A DNA stretch of 64,000 bases from Planctomycetota bacterium (GCA_031409275.1 JANNXA010000040.1:192568-256567); one strand, 5' to 3'. Shown: positions 47,629-57,592, counted from the stretch's first letter. A program made the numbers and translations. Notes: generated by a model not told the origin, from the sequence alone.

Positions 47629-48923
47629 CGCGATTGGTCTTCCTTCAGCACGCCGACGTCGCGGCGGTAATGCATCCCCTCGAACGAGAGGCGCGCCGCG
47701 GCCTGGTAGGCGCGCGAACGCGCCTCATCGAGCGAGCCGCCGACCGCGGTGACCCCGAGCACGCGCCCGCCGTTGGTCAGCCAGTGGCCAAGTTCGTACT
47801 TGCTGCCCGCGTGATGGAGGTGGACGCCGGCGACTTCCGCCGCCGCCTCGAGCCCGAGGATGCGATGCCCCTTCTTGAAGGGGCCTGGATAGCCGCCCGA
47901 CGCCAGCACGACGACGAGCGCCGCGTCGGCCGAGAACTCGAGGCTCTCGAGCTCGTCGAGCCGCCCTTGCGCGGTCAGCAACGCCAGTTCGACGAAGTCG
48001 GTCTTCATCCGCGGCAGGATCACCTGCGTCTCGGGATCGCCGAAACGGACGTTGAACTCGAGGACCTTCGGCCCCGACGACGTCAGCATCAGGCCCGCGT
48101 AGAGGACGCCGCGGTATTCGAGCCCCTCGCGGTTCAGCGCGTGCAGCGTTGGAACGAGCACGCGCGCCTCGATGTCCGCCTGCAGTTCGGGCGTCCACAA
48201 CGGCGTCGGCGAGTAGGCGCCCATGCCGCCCGTGTTCGGGCCCGCATCGCCGTCGAAGACGCGCTTGTGATCGCGCGCCGGCTCGAGCGTGCAGAGCGTC
48301 TTGCCATCGGTCACGGCGAGGACCGAGATCTCCTCGCCGATCAGGCACTCCTCGACCAGCAACTTGTCGCCGGCGGTGCCGAACTCGCGGCGCACCATGA
48401 TCCGCTCGACCGCATCGAGCGCCTCGCGCCGATCCTGCGCGACGACCACGCCTTTGCCGGCGGCGAGCCCATCGGCCTTCAGCACCACCGGCCACGCGGT
48501 CTGCTGCTCGGCGAACCAGAGCTCGGCGTGGCGCGGATCGGTGAAGACGCGGTAGTCGGCCGTCGGGATGTGGTACTTGCGCAGCAGGTTCTTGGTGAAG
48601 ACCTTGCTGCCTTCGAGCTGCGCCGCGGCCTTCTTCGGCCCGAACACCGGGATGCCCGCGGTGGTGAGCGCATCGGCGAGGCCGGCGACCAGCGGCCCCT
48701 CGGGCCCCACCACCACCAGATCGACCTTCAGCTCCTTGGCGCAGCGCACGATCCCGGCCGTGTCGTCGGCGGCGACGTCGACCAGCATCGCCTGCTGCCC
48801 CATCGCATCCGACCCGGGCGCGACGTAGAGGCGCTGCGTGCGCGGCGAGCGGAGGATCGCTTCAGCGAGCGCATGTTCGCGGCCGCCCGAACCGATCAGG
48901 AGGATCGTCAACTTGCCGGCCAT
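47625..48923 (-). CDS. purD: Phosphoribosylamine--glycine ligase
   Basis: IGSGGREHAL, VVGPE, LEGSK, KADGLAAGKGV, GPNTGGMG, EFNVRFGDPE, TNGGRVL. Confidence 0.97.
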   Translation of the reverse strand: MAGKLTILLIGSGGREHALAEAILRSPRTQRLYVAPGSDAMGQQAMLVDVAADDTAGIVRCAKELKVDLVVVGPEGPLVAGLADALTTAGIPVFGPKKAAAQLEGSKVFTKNLLRKYHIPTADYRVFTDPRHAELWFAEQQTAWPVVLKADGLAAGKGVVVAQDRREALDAVERIMVRREFGTAGDKLLVEECLIGEEISVLAVTDGKTLCTLEPARDHKRVFDGDAGPNTGGMGAYSPTPLWTPELQADIEARVLVPTLHALNREGLEYRGVLYAGLMLTSSGPKVLEFNVRFGDPETQVILPRMKTDFVELALLTAQGRLDELESLEFSADAALVVVLASGGYPGPFKKGHRILGLEAAAEVAGVHLHHAGSKYELGHWLTNGGRVLGVTAVGGSLDEARSRAYQAAARLSFEGMHYRRDVGVLKEDQSR

Positions 48924-49069
48924 CGCTGCCCTGCCAAAGAGGAGCCAAAGAGGGGCGGGGATGGTAGCAGCCGCCCCGGCACGCGGCCACGCACCGCTCG
49001 CGCCAGAGGTGCCTGCGCCGCCGCCCGCTTGACCGCCGCCGCCGCCACCTCTTGCATGACGACCCACAC

Positions 49070-49146
49070 GCGCCCGTAGCTCAACTGGCTAGAGCCGCGG
49101 TTTTCTAAACCGCAGGTCGCAGGTTCGAGTCCTGCCGGGCGCACCA
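49070..49146 (+). tRNA. tRNA-Arg (TCT)
   Basis: 77-nt cloverleaf GCGCCCGTAGCTCAACTGG...GCGGT TT TCT AA ACCGC...GGTTCGAGTCC...CCA. Confidence 0.95.
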
Positions 49147-49195
49147 ATGGAAGAGCGGCGGGAAGTGCCGCCTGCGGACGCCCGGACTTGCACGG

Positions 49196-49342
49196 GATGG
49201 CAGCCTGAGCATCGCCGACACCATTCCGGACGATCCGGCGGTGATCGGCATCCCGGTCGACTCGCAAGCGTTCTTCATCGACCCGGTCGCGGTGAAGCGC
49301 ATCTCGATGACGCAGGGGCTCGAGCTGATCATCGGGAGCTGA
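49196..49342 (+). pseudogene. Start-less 3' remnant of a secreted-protein gene
   Basis: Frame DGSLSIADTIPDDPAVIGIPVDSQAFFIDPVAVKRISMTQGLELIIGS* has host-like GC3 codon bias and no in-frame start or RBS between it and the tRNA. Confidence 0.55.
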
Positions 49343-49400
49343 GAAGGCGCCGCAGCGAACGCGACTCCGTTCGCACGGCGCGACGCTCGGATGCGCGCCG

Positions 49401-52094
49401 CTACTGGATCTCGAGGTCCATCGGCTGCGAGGCGATGACCTTCCCCGAGAAGCCGATCGCGTAGGCCTGCAGCGAGTAGGTGTGGCCGCCCAATCCTGGC
49501 GGGAGAACATCCGACAGCGGCCAGAGCCCTTCGCCGTCGAAGTTGCCGAAGCTCAGGAAGTCGAAGCGCGGCACCCCGTCGATGCCGACCAGGTAGAGCC
49601 CTGCGAGGTTCGCCGACGGGCCACCGCTAGTGGTCGCCGTGACCGTGACGCCGGCCGTCGCCACCGGCGGATCGATCTGGAGATAGAGATCGTCGAGGAA
49701 GTAGAGCGAGAGCCGTCCCGCGAGGGAGCCGTTCGTCTTGTCGTACTTCGCCCCGATCGCGACGTCGGGAATCGAGTCGCCGTTCATCGATCCCGTCGAG
49801 CCCGGAGCCGCGATCCCGGCCGGCGCGTATCCGAAGTAGTCAGACGCCTTCGAGCTGTCGAAGCGGAAGAGAACGCCGCCCGAGCCACCGGAAAGCAGCC
49901 AGGCTTTCCCGCGCTCTCCGATCAGCACCTCGCCCGTGCCGTCGCGGTTGACGTCGCCGATCGGCGTCAAGCACTTGCCGAACTCATCCAACGCGGCGAC
50001 GCCGTCCCATGTTCGCAGCAGGTTTCCCGTCGCCCCCGAATGGAGGTGTACCTTTCCCCGTAACGCTCGGCCGGCCTGCGGCGCACCGATGAAGAGGTCA
50101 GGCACTGCATCGCCATCGATGTCGCCGGCGCCCGCGATCGCCGCACCGAAACTCGTCAGTGCCGCCCCGACCAACGTTCGGATCGTGGCTCCGGTGGTTC
50201 CCGAAAAGAGCGTGACGGCATCGTCGGCCGGCGAACCCATCGCCCAATCGCCCGTGCCGTCGCCATCCAGGTCGCCGATCCAGACGACGGCGGCCCCAAA
50301 TCCATCGAAAGAGGCGGGCTTCCCGGCGCCGAGCGCGGTGACGACGTTCGCTCCCGTCACGACGTCGTAGACGAAGACCGCGCCGGATGCGCCGTAACCC
50401 GGGCAGCCGATCGCCAGCTCCACCGCTCCCGACGGCTGGATCGCCACGGCGCAACTCATCCCGAAGTAACCGCCACCGCCGCCCGCCGGCGGAAGCGTCT
50501 GCAGCAGGCTGCCCGTCGCTCCCGAGCGAACCTCGACCTCTCCCTGGCTCAGCGATTGAGGTCCCGGGACGGCAATGGCGTACTCGCCGATGGAGTCGCC
50601 ATCGATGTCGGGAAGCGCAACCACGGTCTGTGCATAGGCGTCGTCGATGGAAGCGCCCTCGTGGACACGCAACTCGGAGCCGTCGACTCCGGAGAGCACC
50701 CGCGCGCTGCCTTCGTAGGTCCAGACGCCGCCGACTCCGACCAACACGTCGCGAACGCCGTCACGGTCGACGTCATCCAGCAAGGCACTCGTCCGGCCGA
50801 GCATGTCGACTCGCGAAGTCCCAGCGGTTTCCCGCGCGAAGTTCGCGGCGACGGGATCGAGCAGCCACGCAGCGCCCGCGTACGCGCCGCCGGTGTCCTC
50901 GATCGGCAACCCGACGACGAGCTCGGGCACGCCATCGCCGTTGATGTCGGCGCCGGCTGCGAGCGCGCGGACCCATGTCCCGGCTTTCACGTCCGCCAGG
51001 ATGGCACCGCTCTGACCGGAGACGACGCGGCAGTAGTCGTCGAGGCCGTAGTACTCGAAGGCGAAGTCGGCGAATCCGTCGCCGTCGACATCGCCCGCTC
51101 CGCACACAGCGCGGCCAGTGAAGTCGAACGTCGAATCGGCGTGGAGCACCGCGCCGGTCGCGCCGTCGTAGACCCAGACTCCGCCGAAGAAGAAGCTGAA
51201 CGGGCCGTTCGGCGTGACCGGGTAGTTGTCGTTGCCGACGATGACGTCGTCGATCCCGTCGCCGTTGACGTCGCCCGCCCCGTTCGCGGTCCACCCGCGA
51301 TCGGTTGGGCCCAACCCCCACTGGCGAAGGAGCCCGCGCGTCGCGCCCGAGTAGATCCGCAACGTCCCCGACGCCGTGCCCGAGGAGGCGTCGGCCTGCT
51401 CGACCACGAGCAGGTCGTGGACGCCATCGCTGTCGGCGTCGCCCGCATCGGCGACGACCGAGCCGAACTTGCCGCTCGTCGAGCCGCCCGTCCAAGAGGC
51501 GAGGACGCTGCCGTTCGCTCCGGAGTGGATCGCCGCGAACCCGTTTCGGCTGCCGCTGACGAGATGCTCCGGAGCGCCGACGGCGAGGTCGTCGATGCCG
51601 TCCCCGTCGATGTCGCCAAGGTTCGCGAGCGACGTCCCGAACTCGCTCTTCGACGTCGTGCCTCGAAGCGTCCGCAGCAACACGCCCGTCGCCCCCGAGT
51701 GGAATCGGACCGCGCCCTTCCCGTCGAGCGACGCGCCAATCGCGAAGTCGTCGACGCCGTCCCCATCGATGTCACCCGCGCTCGCAACCGCGCGACCAAA
51801 CCCCTCCGCCTGCTCGCCGGCGAGGTCGAACAGGATCGCTCCATCGACGCCCGAGCAAATCAGGGCGTGGCCGATTCCTTCCGGCACCAGCTTCAACGCT
51901 GGCCCGCCCGCGATGTAGTCGGCCACTCCGTCGCCGTTCACGTCGCCGAGGACTGCGACCGACGTGCCCACGTTCGGACCGCTGCTGATGCCGAACTTGC
52001 GCCACGCTTCCTGTTGGGCGGCTGCTCGACTCGCAAGCGCCGCTGCCGTCAGAAGCACGACGCAGGAGCCCGCGACGAGACGGTGCGTACGCAT
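49401..52094 (-). CDS. Secreted FG-GAP (integrin-alpha-like) repeat protein
   Basis: Signal peptide; about 13-14 repeats of FG.....GD.DGDG..D..VGAP; AGGAG RBS. Confidence 0.9.
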   Translation of the reverse strand: MRTHRLVAGSCVVLLTAAALASRAAAQQEAWRKFGISSGPNVGTSVAVLGDVNGDGVADYIAGGPALKLVPEGIGHALICSGVDGAILFDLAGEQAEGFGRAVASAGDIDGDGVDDFAIGASLDGKGAVRFHSGATGVLLRTLRGTTSKSEFGTSLANLGDIDGDGIDDLAVGAPEHLVSGSRNGFAAIHSGANGSVLASWTGGSTSGKFGSVVADAGDADSDGVHDLLVVEQADASSGTASGTLRIYSGATRGLLRQWGLGPTDRGWTANGAGDVNGDGIDDVIVGNDNYPVTPNGPFSFFFGGVWVYDGATGAVLHADSTFDFTGRAVCGAGDVDGDGFADFAFEYYGLDDYCRVVSGQSGAILADVKAGTWVRALAAGADINGDGVPELVVGLPIEDTGGAYAGAAWLLDPVAANFARETAGTSRVDMLGRTSALLDDVDRDGVRDVLVGVGGVWTYEGSARVLSGVDGSELRVHEGASIDDAYAQTVVALPDIDGDSIGEYAIAVPGPQSLSQGEVEVRSGATGSLLQTLPPAGGGGGYFGMSCAVAIQPSGAVELAIGCPGYGASGAVFVYDVVTGANVVTALGAGKPASFDGFGAAVVWIGDLDGDGTGDWAMGSPADDAVTLFSGTTGATIRTLVGAALTSFGAAIAGAGDIDGDAVPDLFIGAPQAGRALRGKVHLHSGATGNLLRTWDGVAALDEFGKCLTPIGDVNRDGTGEVLIGERGKAWLLSGGSGGVLFRFDSSKASDYFGYAPAGIAAPGSTGSMNGDSIPDVAIGAKYDKTNGSLAGRLSLYFLDDLYLQIDPPVATAGVTVTATTSGGPSANLAGLYLVGIDGVPRFDFLSFGNFDGEGLWPLSDVLPPGLGGHTYSLQAYAIGFSGKVIASQPMDLEIQ

Positions 52095-52350
52095 GATTCA
52101 CTCCTGGACGCGCGACGGAACCGGCGACCGGTCCAACCTGCGGACCCACTCCGTGTACCACCGGCAGCCTATCCCTACTCCTCGCCGCCCGCTCGATGGT
52201 CGTTGACCGCCGCCCCCGTCGTGGACCACACGAGTTGCAACGATCGGGAGCGGTTCCACGCGGGCCGAAGCAACCACCGGTCCTTGCGACGCTCGACGGC
52301 TCCGAAAGGGCGTCGCTCGGACGACGGGACGGGCCGCGGGCTCGCGCCGC

Positions 52351-55164
52351 TCAGATCCCGTCGAGGAACGCTCGGAACTCCTTGCGCATCGCGTAGACGT
52401 CCGCGAATCCGAGCTCCTTCCACGGCTCCTTCAACGTCTCCCCCGCATAGACCTGCTGCAACCAGCGCCGATAGATCGCGCGCCCGTCCGGACCGCAGCG
52501 GTTCATCACGAAGAAGGTGAGCGCCGTCGCCTGGGCATAGAAGACGCCGCGCTTGTCGAGGAACGCCTCCTTCAGCGAATGGCGCAGGCGAACCGGCCCG
52601 AACTGGCCGCCCTCGAGCTCGGAGTGGAACAGCTTGCGATCGATGTTGAGCAGGTATTCGAGCGGGATCAGCTGGTCGGCGCGCGCGGCCGCCGCGGCAC
52701 GGTCGATCGCCTCGACTGTCGCATCGTCGAAGGCGTCGCCGAGGCGCCCGATCTCCAGGGCCTGGCCGGCGACGAATTCGGCGAACCCCTCCACCATCCA
52801 ATAGCTGCCGCCAGTGCCCGACGGCTTCTCGCGCGCCCAGCGCCGATCGACGTAGTGGTGAGTCAACTCGTGCGCAAAGACCTCCTGTAGCGTGTGCGCC
52901 AGCGGGTCTTTCTCATCGCCGCGCTGCTTCGAATAGAAGCGCGAGAGGCCATCGAACGAGGAGTAGCAGCCGGCCGACCATTCGGGCGGCGACGCTCCGT
53001 CCGCCAGGTAATCGGCGCGCTCCTGATAGAGACGCACTTCGAGCGGGACGTTCGGCGAGAGCTTGTCGGGGCTCTCGCCGAGGATCAGCTGCAGCGCGCG
53101 GATGGTCGCCTCGCCCCGCGCCAGCAGCGGGCCGAGCACCTTCGGATCGAACTCCTTCGTGTAGAGCAGGATGTTCTTCGTGCGCAGCGACATCGCGCCG
53201 CTCGCGAACTTGGTGACCGACAGCCGTCGCTCCTGCGCATCGTCGAGCAGCGCGAACGTGGCACCGGACGGCAACAGCGCGTCGGCCCAGCTCGGCCAGT
53301 CCTTGACCGCCGTCTTCGCCAGCGCGTCGGCCGGGAAAGTCGTCGGCTGCCAGTCGGCGAGGAGATCGGCCGAATCTTCGATGGGGACCTTCGGCGCCAC
53401 TTCCAATGCACGCTTGAGCAGCACCGTCGCCGCGGTCGGTGCGCCGACTCGCGCGCACCACTTCGAACGCGACACGATCTCGTCGGAGCTATCAACGCGC
53501 GCCTCCGACTCGGCGTCGGCGCACTTCTTCTTCGCCGCCGCGACCGCCGCCCCCTTCGCGCTTGCCTTGCCGGTGATCGTCGCGTTCAGCTCGTCGACGC
53601 GCGACTGCGCCAATCCGAATCGAGCGGCCTCTTCGAGCAGCCGCTTGCACTCATCGAACAACTTCGCTTCGCGCGCCTGCTCGAAACAGGTGACCAGCCG
53701 ATCGCCGTGGCGAGCGGCCAGCGCGTTCCAGCACGCCTTGTAGAGCGGATGCTCTTCGCCGAGCCGTTTCGCGGCATCGCCCGGATCGACCAGCGCGACC
53801 TTCGACGCGTCGAGCTCGATCGGCGCGCCGCCGCCCTCCGGCTCGAGCTTCCACTTGCCTCCCACCTGACTCGGCTTGCCCGGCAGGAAGCGGCCATCGA
53901 CGCGCACGAGACCGGGCTTCTTGCCCGGCAGTTCGAGGGACACCGGAGTCGCATCCGCGGCCGCCGCGGCGGCGCCCGATCCCGCGCCCGCTCCGTAGAC
54001 GACCAGCGCGCCGCCCTTGGTTCGGATCGCCAGCAGGTCGTCGCCGCACGGGATCGCCGGCCCTTCCGGGTCGAGGTCGGCGAGGCACCACAACAAGCGC
54101 CGGTGGTTCAGATCGACCGCCCAGTTGCCAAGGAAGAGGACCTCGCGCGCGAGCGACGGCGCACCGAGCTTGGCGCCCGGCAACAGCGCCGCCTTCTCGA
54201 CCAGCGGCGTCGCGCCGCGATTGGCCGCATCGAAGTCGACCAGGCGGTCGAGTTTGTCGAAGCCGTAGAGGTGGCTGCCGCGCGCCGCCGGCGGCTGCTG
54301 GAAGGGTTGCGACTGCCACCCCTCCTTGCGCAGCACGCCGCCCGCATCGGCGGCGCCGCACCACGCGTACCACTCGAGCGCGTCGCGCCCCTGCACGGCC
54401 ACCAGTACCGTTCGCGCCGCGCCTTCCGTCGTCGCGACCCGCGGGCCGCTCGCCAGCGTCTCGGCGCTGCCAAGCTTCGGCGCTCCGCTGCCGGCTGCGA
54501 TCGGCGCGCGGCGCAGCGCGACCTCCCCCTTCTTCTCGTCGACCATCAGCGTGACGAGCGAGCGCGACGGCTTGCCGCCGACAAGGTCGTCTTGGAGTCC
54601 GCCCGCTCGCCCGAAACTGGCCGCGACCGCGCTCGCCGCTTTGCCGGTGGCCCAATCGAGCGCCTGCACGCCGCCCGCATCGGCGCGTCCGACGAAGCAG
54701 GCGCCACCCACCACCGTCGGCGCACCGCCGAAGCTGCCGCTGATCGACTTCACGAGTTCGAGCGTGCTGCCGACCAGCCGCCAGCCATGCACCGCGCCCG
54801 CCTCGACCACGATGACGACGCCATCGGCGACGGCGAGCGCCAGCGGCGCGACGACACCGACGAGCGCGCTCTCGGCGACCATCGCGCCCGACGCCGGGTC
54901 GAGCGCGAGCAACGTGAGCTGTCCCGCCTTGCGCGCGACGACGAAGAGCTTCGCCTGTCCCACCACCGGCGCGACGACGACATCGGCGAGGCGCCAGCGC
55001 TCGACGGGCAGCGCTTGCAGCGGCGCGACGTCGACCGCGGCGGTACCGGCGCTGTTTCCTTGCGGTTGGCTCCACTCCTTTGCGAGCGGCACGCCTTGCG
55101 GCAGCGGCGCCGGCAGCGGCAGGGCGACGAGTTCCAGGACGGCAAGCAGGCAAGCGACGATCAC
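52351..55164 (-). CDS. PQQ-like beta-propeller fused to a gluzincin (DUF1570-like) peptidase domain
   Basis: N-terminal propeller blades (W..P.GN, ALDP..G, ALD..TG); C-terminal FAHELTHH...WMVEGFAEF and FYAQA. Confidence 0.75.
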   Translation of the reverse strand: MIVACLLAVLELVALPLPAPLPQGVPLAKEWSQPQGNSAGTAAVDVAPLQALPVERWRLADVVVAPVVGQAKLFVVARKAGQLTLLALDPASGAMVAESALVGVVAPLALAVADGVVIVVEAGAVHGWRLVGSTLELVKSISGSFGGAPTVVGGACFVGRADAGGVQALDWATGKAASAVAASFGRAGGLQDDLVGGKPSRSLVTLMVDEKKGEVALRRAPIAAGSGAPKLGSAETLASGPRVATTEGAARTVLVAVQGRDALEWYAWCGAADAGGVLRKEGWQSQPFQQPPAARGSHLYGFDKLDRLVDFDAANRGATPLVEKAALLPGAKLGAPSLAREVLFLGNWAVDLNHRRLLWCLADLDPEGPAIPCGDDLLAIRTKGGALVVYGAGAGSGAAAAAADATPVSLELPGKKPGLVRVDGRFLPGKPSQVGGKWKLEPEGGGAPIELDASKVALVDPGDAAKRLGEEHPLYKACWNALAARHGDRLVTCFEQAREAKLFDECKRLLEEAARFGLAQSRVDELNATITGKASAKGAAVAAAKKKCADAESEARVDSSDEIVSRSKWCARVGAPTAATVLLKRALEVAPKVPIEDSADLLADWQPTTFPADALAKTAVKDWPSWADALLPSGATFALLDDAQERRLSVTKFASGAMSLRTKNILLYTKEFDPKVLGPLLARGEATIRALQLILGESPDKLSPNVPLEVRLYQERADYLADGASPPEWSAGCYSSFDGLSRFYSKQRGDEKDPLAHTLQEVFAHELTHHYVDRRWAREKPSGTGGSYWMVEGFAEFVAGQALEIGRLGDAFDDATVEAIDRAAAAARADQLIPLEYLLNIDRKLFHSELEGGQFGPVRLRHSLKEAFLDKRGVFYAQATALTFFVMNRCGPDGRAIYRRWLQQVYAGETLKEPWKELGFADVYAMRKEFRAFLDGI

Positions 55165-55219
55165 GCGAGAGCTCCAACGGACGAGGCAGAGGCAGCGTTC
55201 CGCGATCTTGGCGCCGCGC

Positions 55220-57592
55220 CTACTCCGCCGCCACTGCGCGGACGGCGAAGCGGCAACGCTGCTCGCGCGACTTCACCTCGACCGTCGCTTCGTAGAGGCC
55301 GGGCGTTTTCGGCAGGAAGCGCAGACGCAGCAGCGAGCTGCCCTGCCCCTCGACGCTGGCGCGCGGCGCCTGCACGACGCTGAACGCGGCGGCGCCCGCG
55401 CCCTCGATCGTCACGGCGCCCTTGCCAAGCGCGAGCGGTGCATCGCCGCGATTGTGCAGCAGGAAGCGCCGCTCGATCCCCTGCTTGCTCTTCTTGGGCA
55501 GTGCGCCGAAGTCGGTGTGGTCATAGGTCGACGGCGTCGCATCGCCGTCGACGACGAAAACTCCGTTGCCTTCGACCACGAGTTGCGCGGACCGACCACT
55601 CTGCAGCGGCGCGTCGGTCACGCGCACGCAGAGGTGGGCGACCTCCTCCTCGCTGCCCGCTTTCACCTTGAGCCACGCCTCGTAGATGCCCGGCGTATCA
55701 AACGTCTTGGTGACGGTCGCGACGCCGCTCGCCTCCGCAGTCGGCATCACCGGCTTGCCGGGCGCACGCGGCGCGAAGGCCCAATCGCCCTTCTCCTTGC
55801 CGTTGGCACCGCTCGTGAACTTGATCGTGAGTGGCGCCGGTCCGGCGACGACGTCCGCATTGATCCGCGCGAAGAGCTTCGGCTTCACCTGCAGCGCGAT
55901 CGTCTGCGCTTCGTAGCTGCTGCCGCTCGTCGCGTCGGAGCAGAGCACCGTCAAGGAGCGGTCACCGGCCGCCTCCTTGCCGGGCACCTTCCAGATGTAG
56001 ACGTTGCCATCGAACTCGCCGGGATCGCCCGCGCGCTTGGTGTAGCGCAGCGGCTGTCCTTCGGGATCGAGCGCGCGCAGCGTCAGGTTCACCGTCTCGC
56101 CCGGCTTCACGGCGACGTCCTGCAGCCCGAGCAACGTCGGCCGCCGGTTGGCGAACTTCGTGTCGTAGACGTAGTCGTTGTAGCCACCGCCGCTCGGCGG
56201 CAGGTCGCCGCGCTTGCGGTAGATGGTGACGGCCGCGGGGTTGCCATCGTGCACGCCGTTGTTCGCGACCAACAGCAGCGTCGTGCGCCCTTCCGGAAGC
56301 GACTCGTCCCATGGCACGCGGATGGTCCAGATCGCGGCGTCCTGCGGATCGCGTGCGACGCGGGTGGCGCGATTGCCGTAGAGGAGCTTCCAGCGCAGCT
56401 CGAGCGGTCGCTGCGCGAGGTCGAAGCTCTCTTGCGTCGAGACGCGCAGCACCGCCTCCTGCCCCGCTTCTTGCAGCACCCCGATCGTCTTCTTCAAGGC
56501 GACGCGCACCGAAGCGTCGCGCGGCTCGAGCAGCTTCACCACCGCTTCCGGCGGCGCGACGTCGAGCGCCTTCGCCGCTTCGATCATGCGACGCAGATGT
56601 TCGACGTCGTCGTACTGATGAAAGTCGAGGCACATGTCGCCGCGCGCGATGCCGGCCGCGTCGTAGCCGCCGGGAAAGGCGAAACGATCGCCGACGGCGG
56701 CGTAGGCGACTCGGTGGCGCCACTCCTCGTCGTACTCCGCCTCGATGGGAAGGCACGACTTCCACAGCCAGAGCAGCGCGGACGCGTAGAGGCCGCTGCG
56801 CTTCAGCAGGAGCTTCATCTCCGGCTTCAGGTGCGCGCCCACGATCACGAGCTTGGTGATCGCCATCGTCTCGCTGTCGGAGGAGCCCACCGAATTGAAC
56901 AGCGTCGGCATCAACGTGAGGTAGAGGTCGGTGGTGAGCGCCGCGTTCGCCGCGCTTTCCTCCACCAACGACAAGTGACAAGGCGAGCAGAGCAGGCCCG
57001 AGGCGAAGTAGAGGCGCTCGTACGCTTCGCTGTTCTGTGGGATCACCGCATTGGTGATCGTGTGCGCCATGCCGGTCGTCGACTGGTGATAGAAATTGAT
57101 GCCGAGCTTGAAGTGGCTCTCGGTCGGCGCCTGATCGACGACGCCCACGATCGAGCCCGCGATCCCCACCGCCTCGTCGCCGCCGGGCCCGGCCCAGCGA
57201 TCGCGCACCCAGCCATGCGTGCCCGACCAGCTGGCGTAGACGTCGTCCCAGGTGCCGGCGAACTGCTTGCTCGGTTCGTGGGTGAACTCGAAGAGGCGCC
57301 CCTTCGCCGGCTTCGCGACCGGCCACCAGCGCTTGTCCGCCGCCGGCAGTTCGATGACCGATGGAGGCGCGGTGGCGGGCGGCACGAAGACGCGCGCGTC
57401 ACGCACCGCCTCCTCGTCGAGCCGCCACACCTTCCACTTGCGCTGCGGGAAGTAGGGGTTCTGCAGATCGGGCTCGTCGTCATGAGCGGCGTCGTCTGCG
57501 ACGGCGGCCAAGGCATGCGAAGGCCGCATCAGCGCCGCGAGCGTGGGCGCGAGCGCAAGGCCTGTGAAGAGGAGCGCATGGCGTCGAAGCAT
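55220..57592 (-). CDS. Putative Tat-exported multidomain protein (unknown catalytic domain, Ig/PKD-like, choice-of-anchor-D-like)
   Basis: MLRRHALL twin-Arg signal; DPEG..L.Y Ig repeat; G.APLT..F...F.TPG.Y PKD pattern; DFG...F.L.N.G.APL...F.P..PG C-terminal domain. Confidence 0.7.
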   Translation of the reverse strand: MLRRHALLFTGLALAPTLAALMRPSHALAAVADDAAHDDEPDLQNPYFPQRKWKVWRLDEEAVRDARVFVPPATAPPSVIELPAADKRWWPVAKPAKGRLFEFTHEPSKQFAGTWDDVYASWSGTHGWVRDRWAGPGGDEAVGIAGSIVGVVDQAPTESHFKLGINFYHQSTTGMAHTITNAVIPQNSEAYERLYFASGLLCSPCHLSLVEESAANAALTTDLYLTLMPTLFNSVGSSDSETMAITKLVIVGAHLKPEMKLLLKRSGLYASALLWLWKSCLPIEAEYDEEWRHRVAYAAVGDRFAFPGGYDAAGIARGDMCLDFHQYDDVEHLRRMIEAAKALDVAPPEAVVKLLEPRDASVRVALKKTIGVLQEAGQEAVLRVSTQESFDLAQRPLELRWKLLYGNRATRVARDPQDAAIWTIRVPWDESLPEGRTTLLLVANNGVHDGNPAAVTIYRKRGDLPPSGGGYNDYVYDTKFANRRPTLLGLQDVAVKPGETVNLTLRALDPEGQPLRYTKRAGDPGEFDGNVYIWKVPGKEAAGDRSLTVLCSDATSGSSYEAQTIALQVKPKLFARINADVVAGPAPLTIKFTSGANGKEKGDWAFAPRAPGKPVMPTAEASGVATVTKTFDTPGIYEAWLKVKAGSEEEVAHLCVRVTDAPLQSGRSAQLVVEGNGVFVVDGDATPSTYDHTDFGALPKKSKQGIERRFLLHNRGDAPLALGKGAVTIEGAGAAAFSVVQAPRASVEGQGSSLLRLRFLPKTPGLYEATVEVKSREQRCRFAVRAVAAE

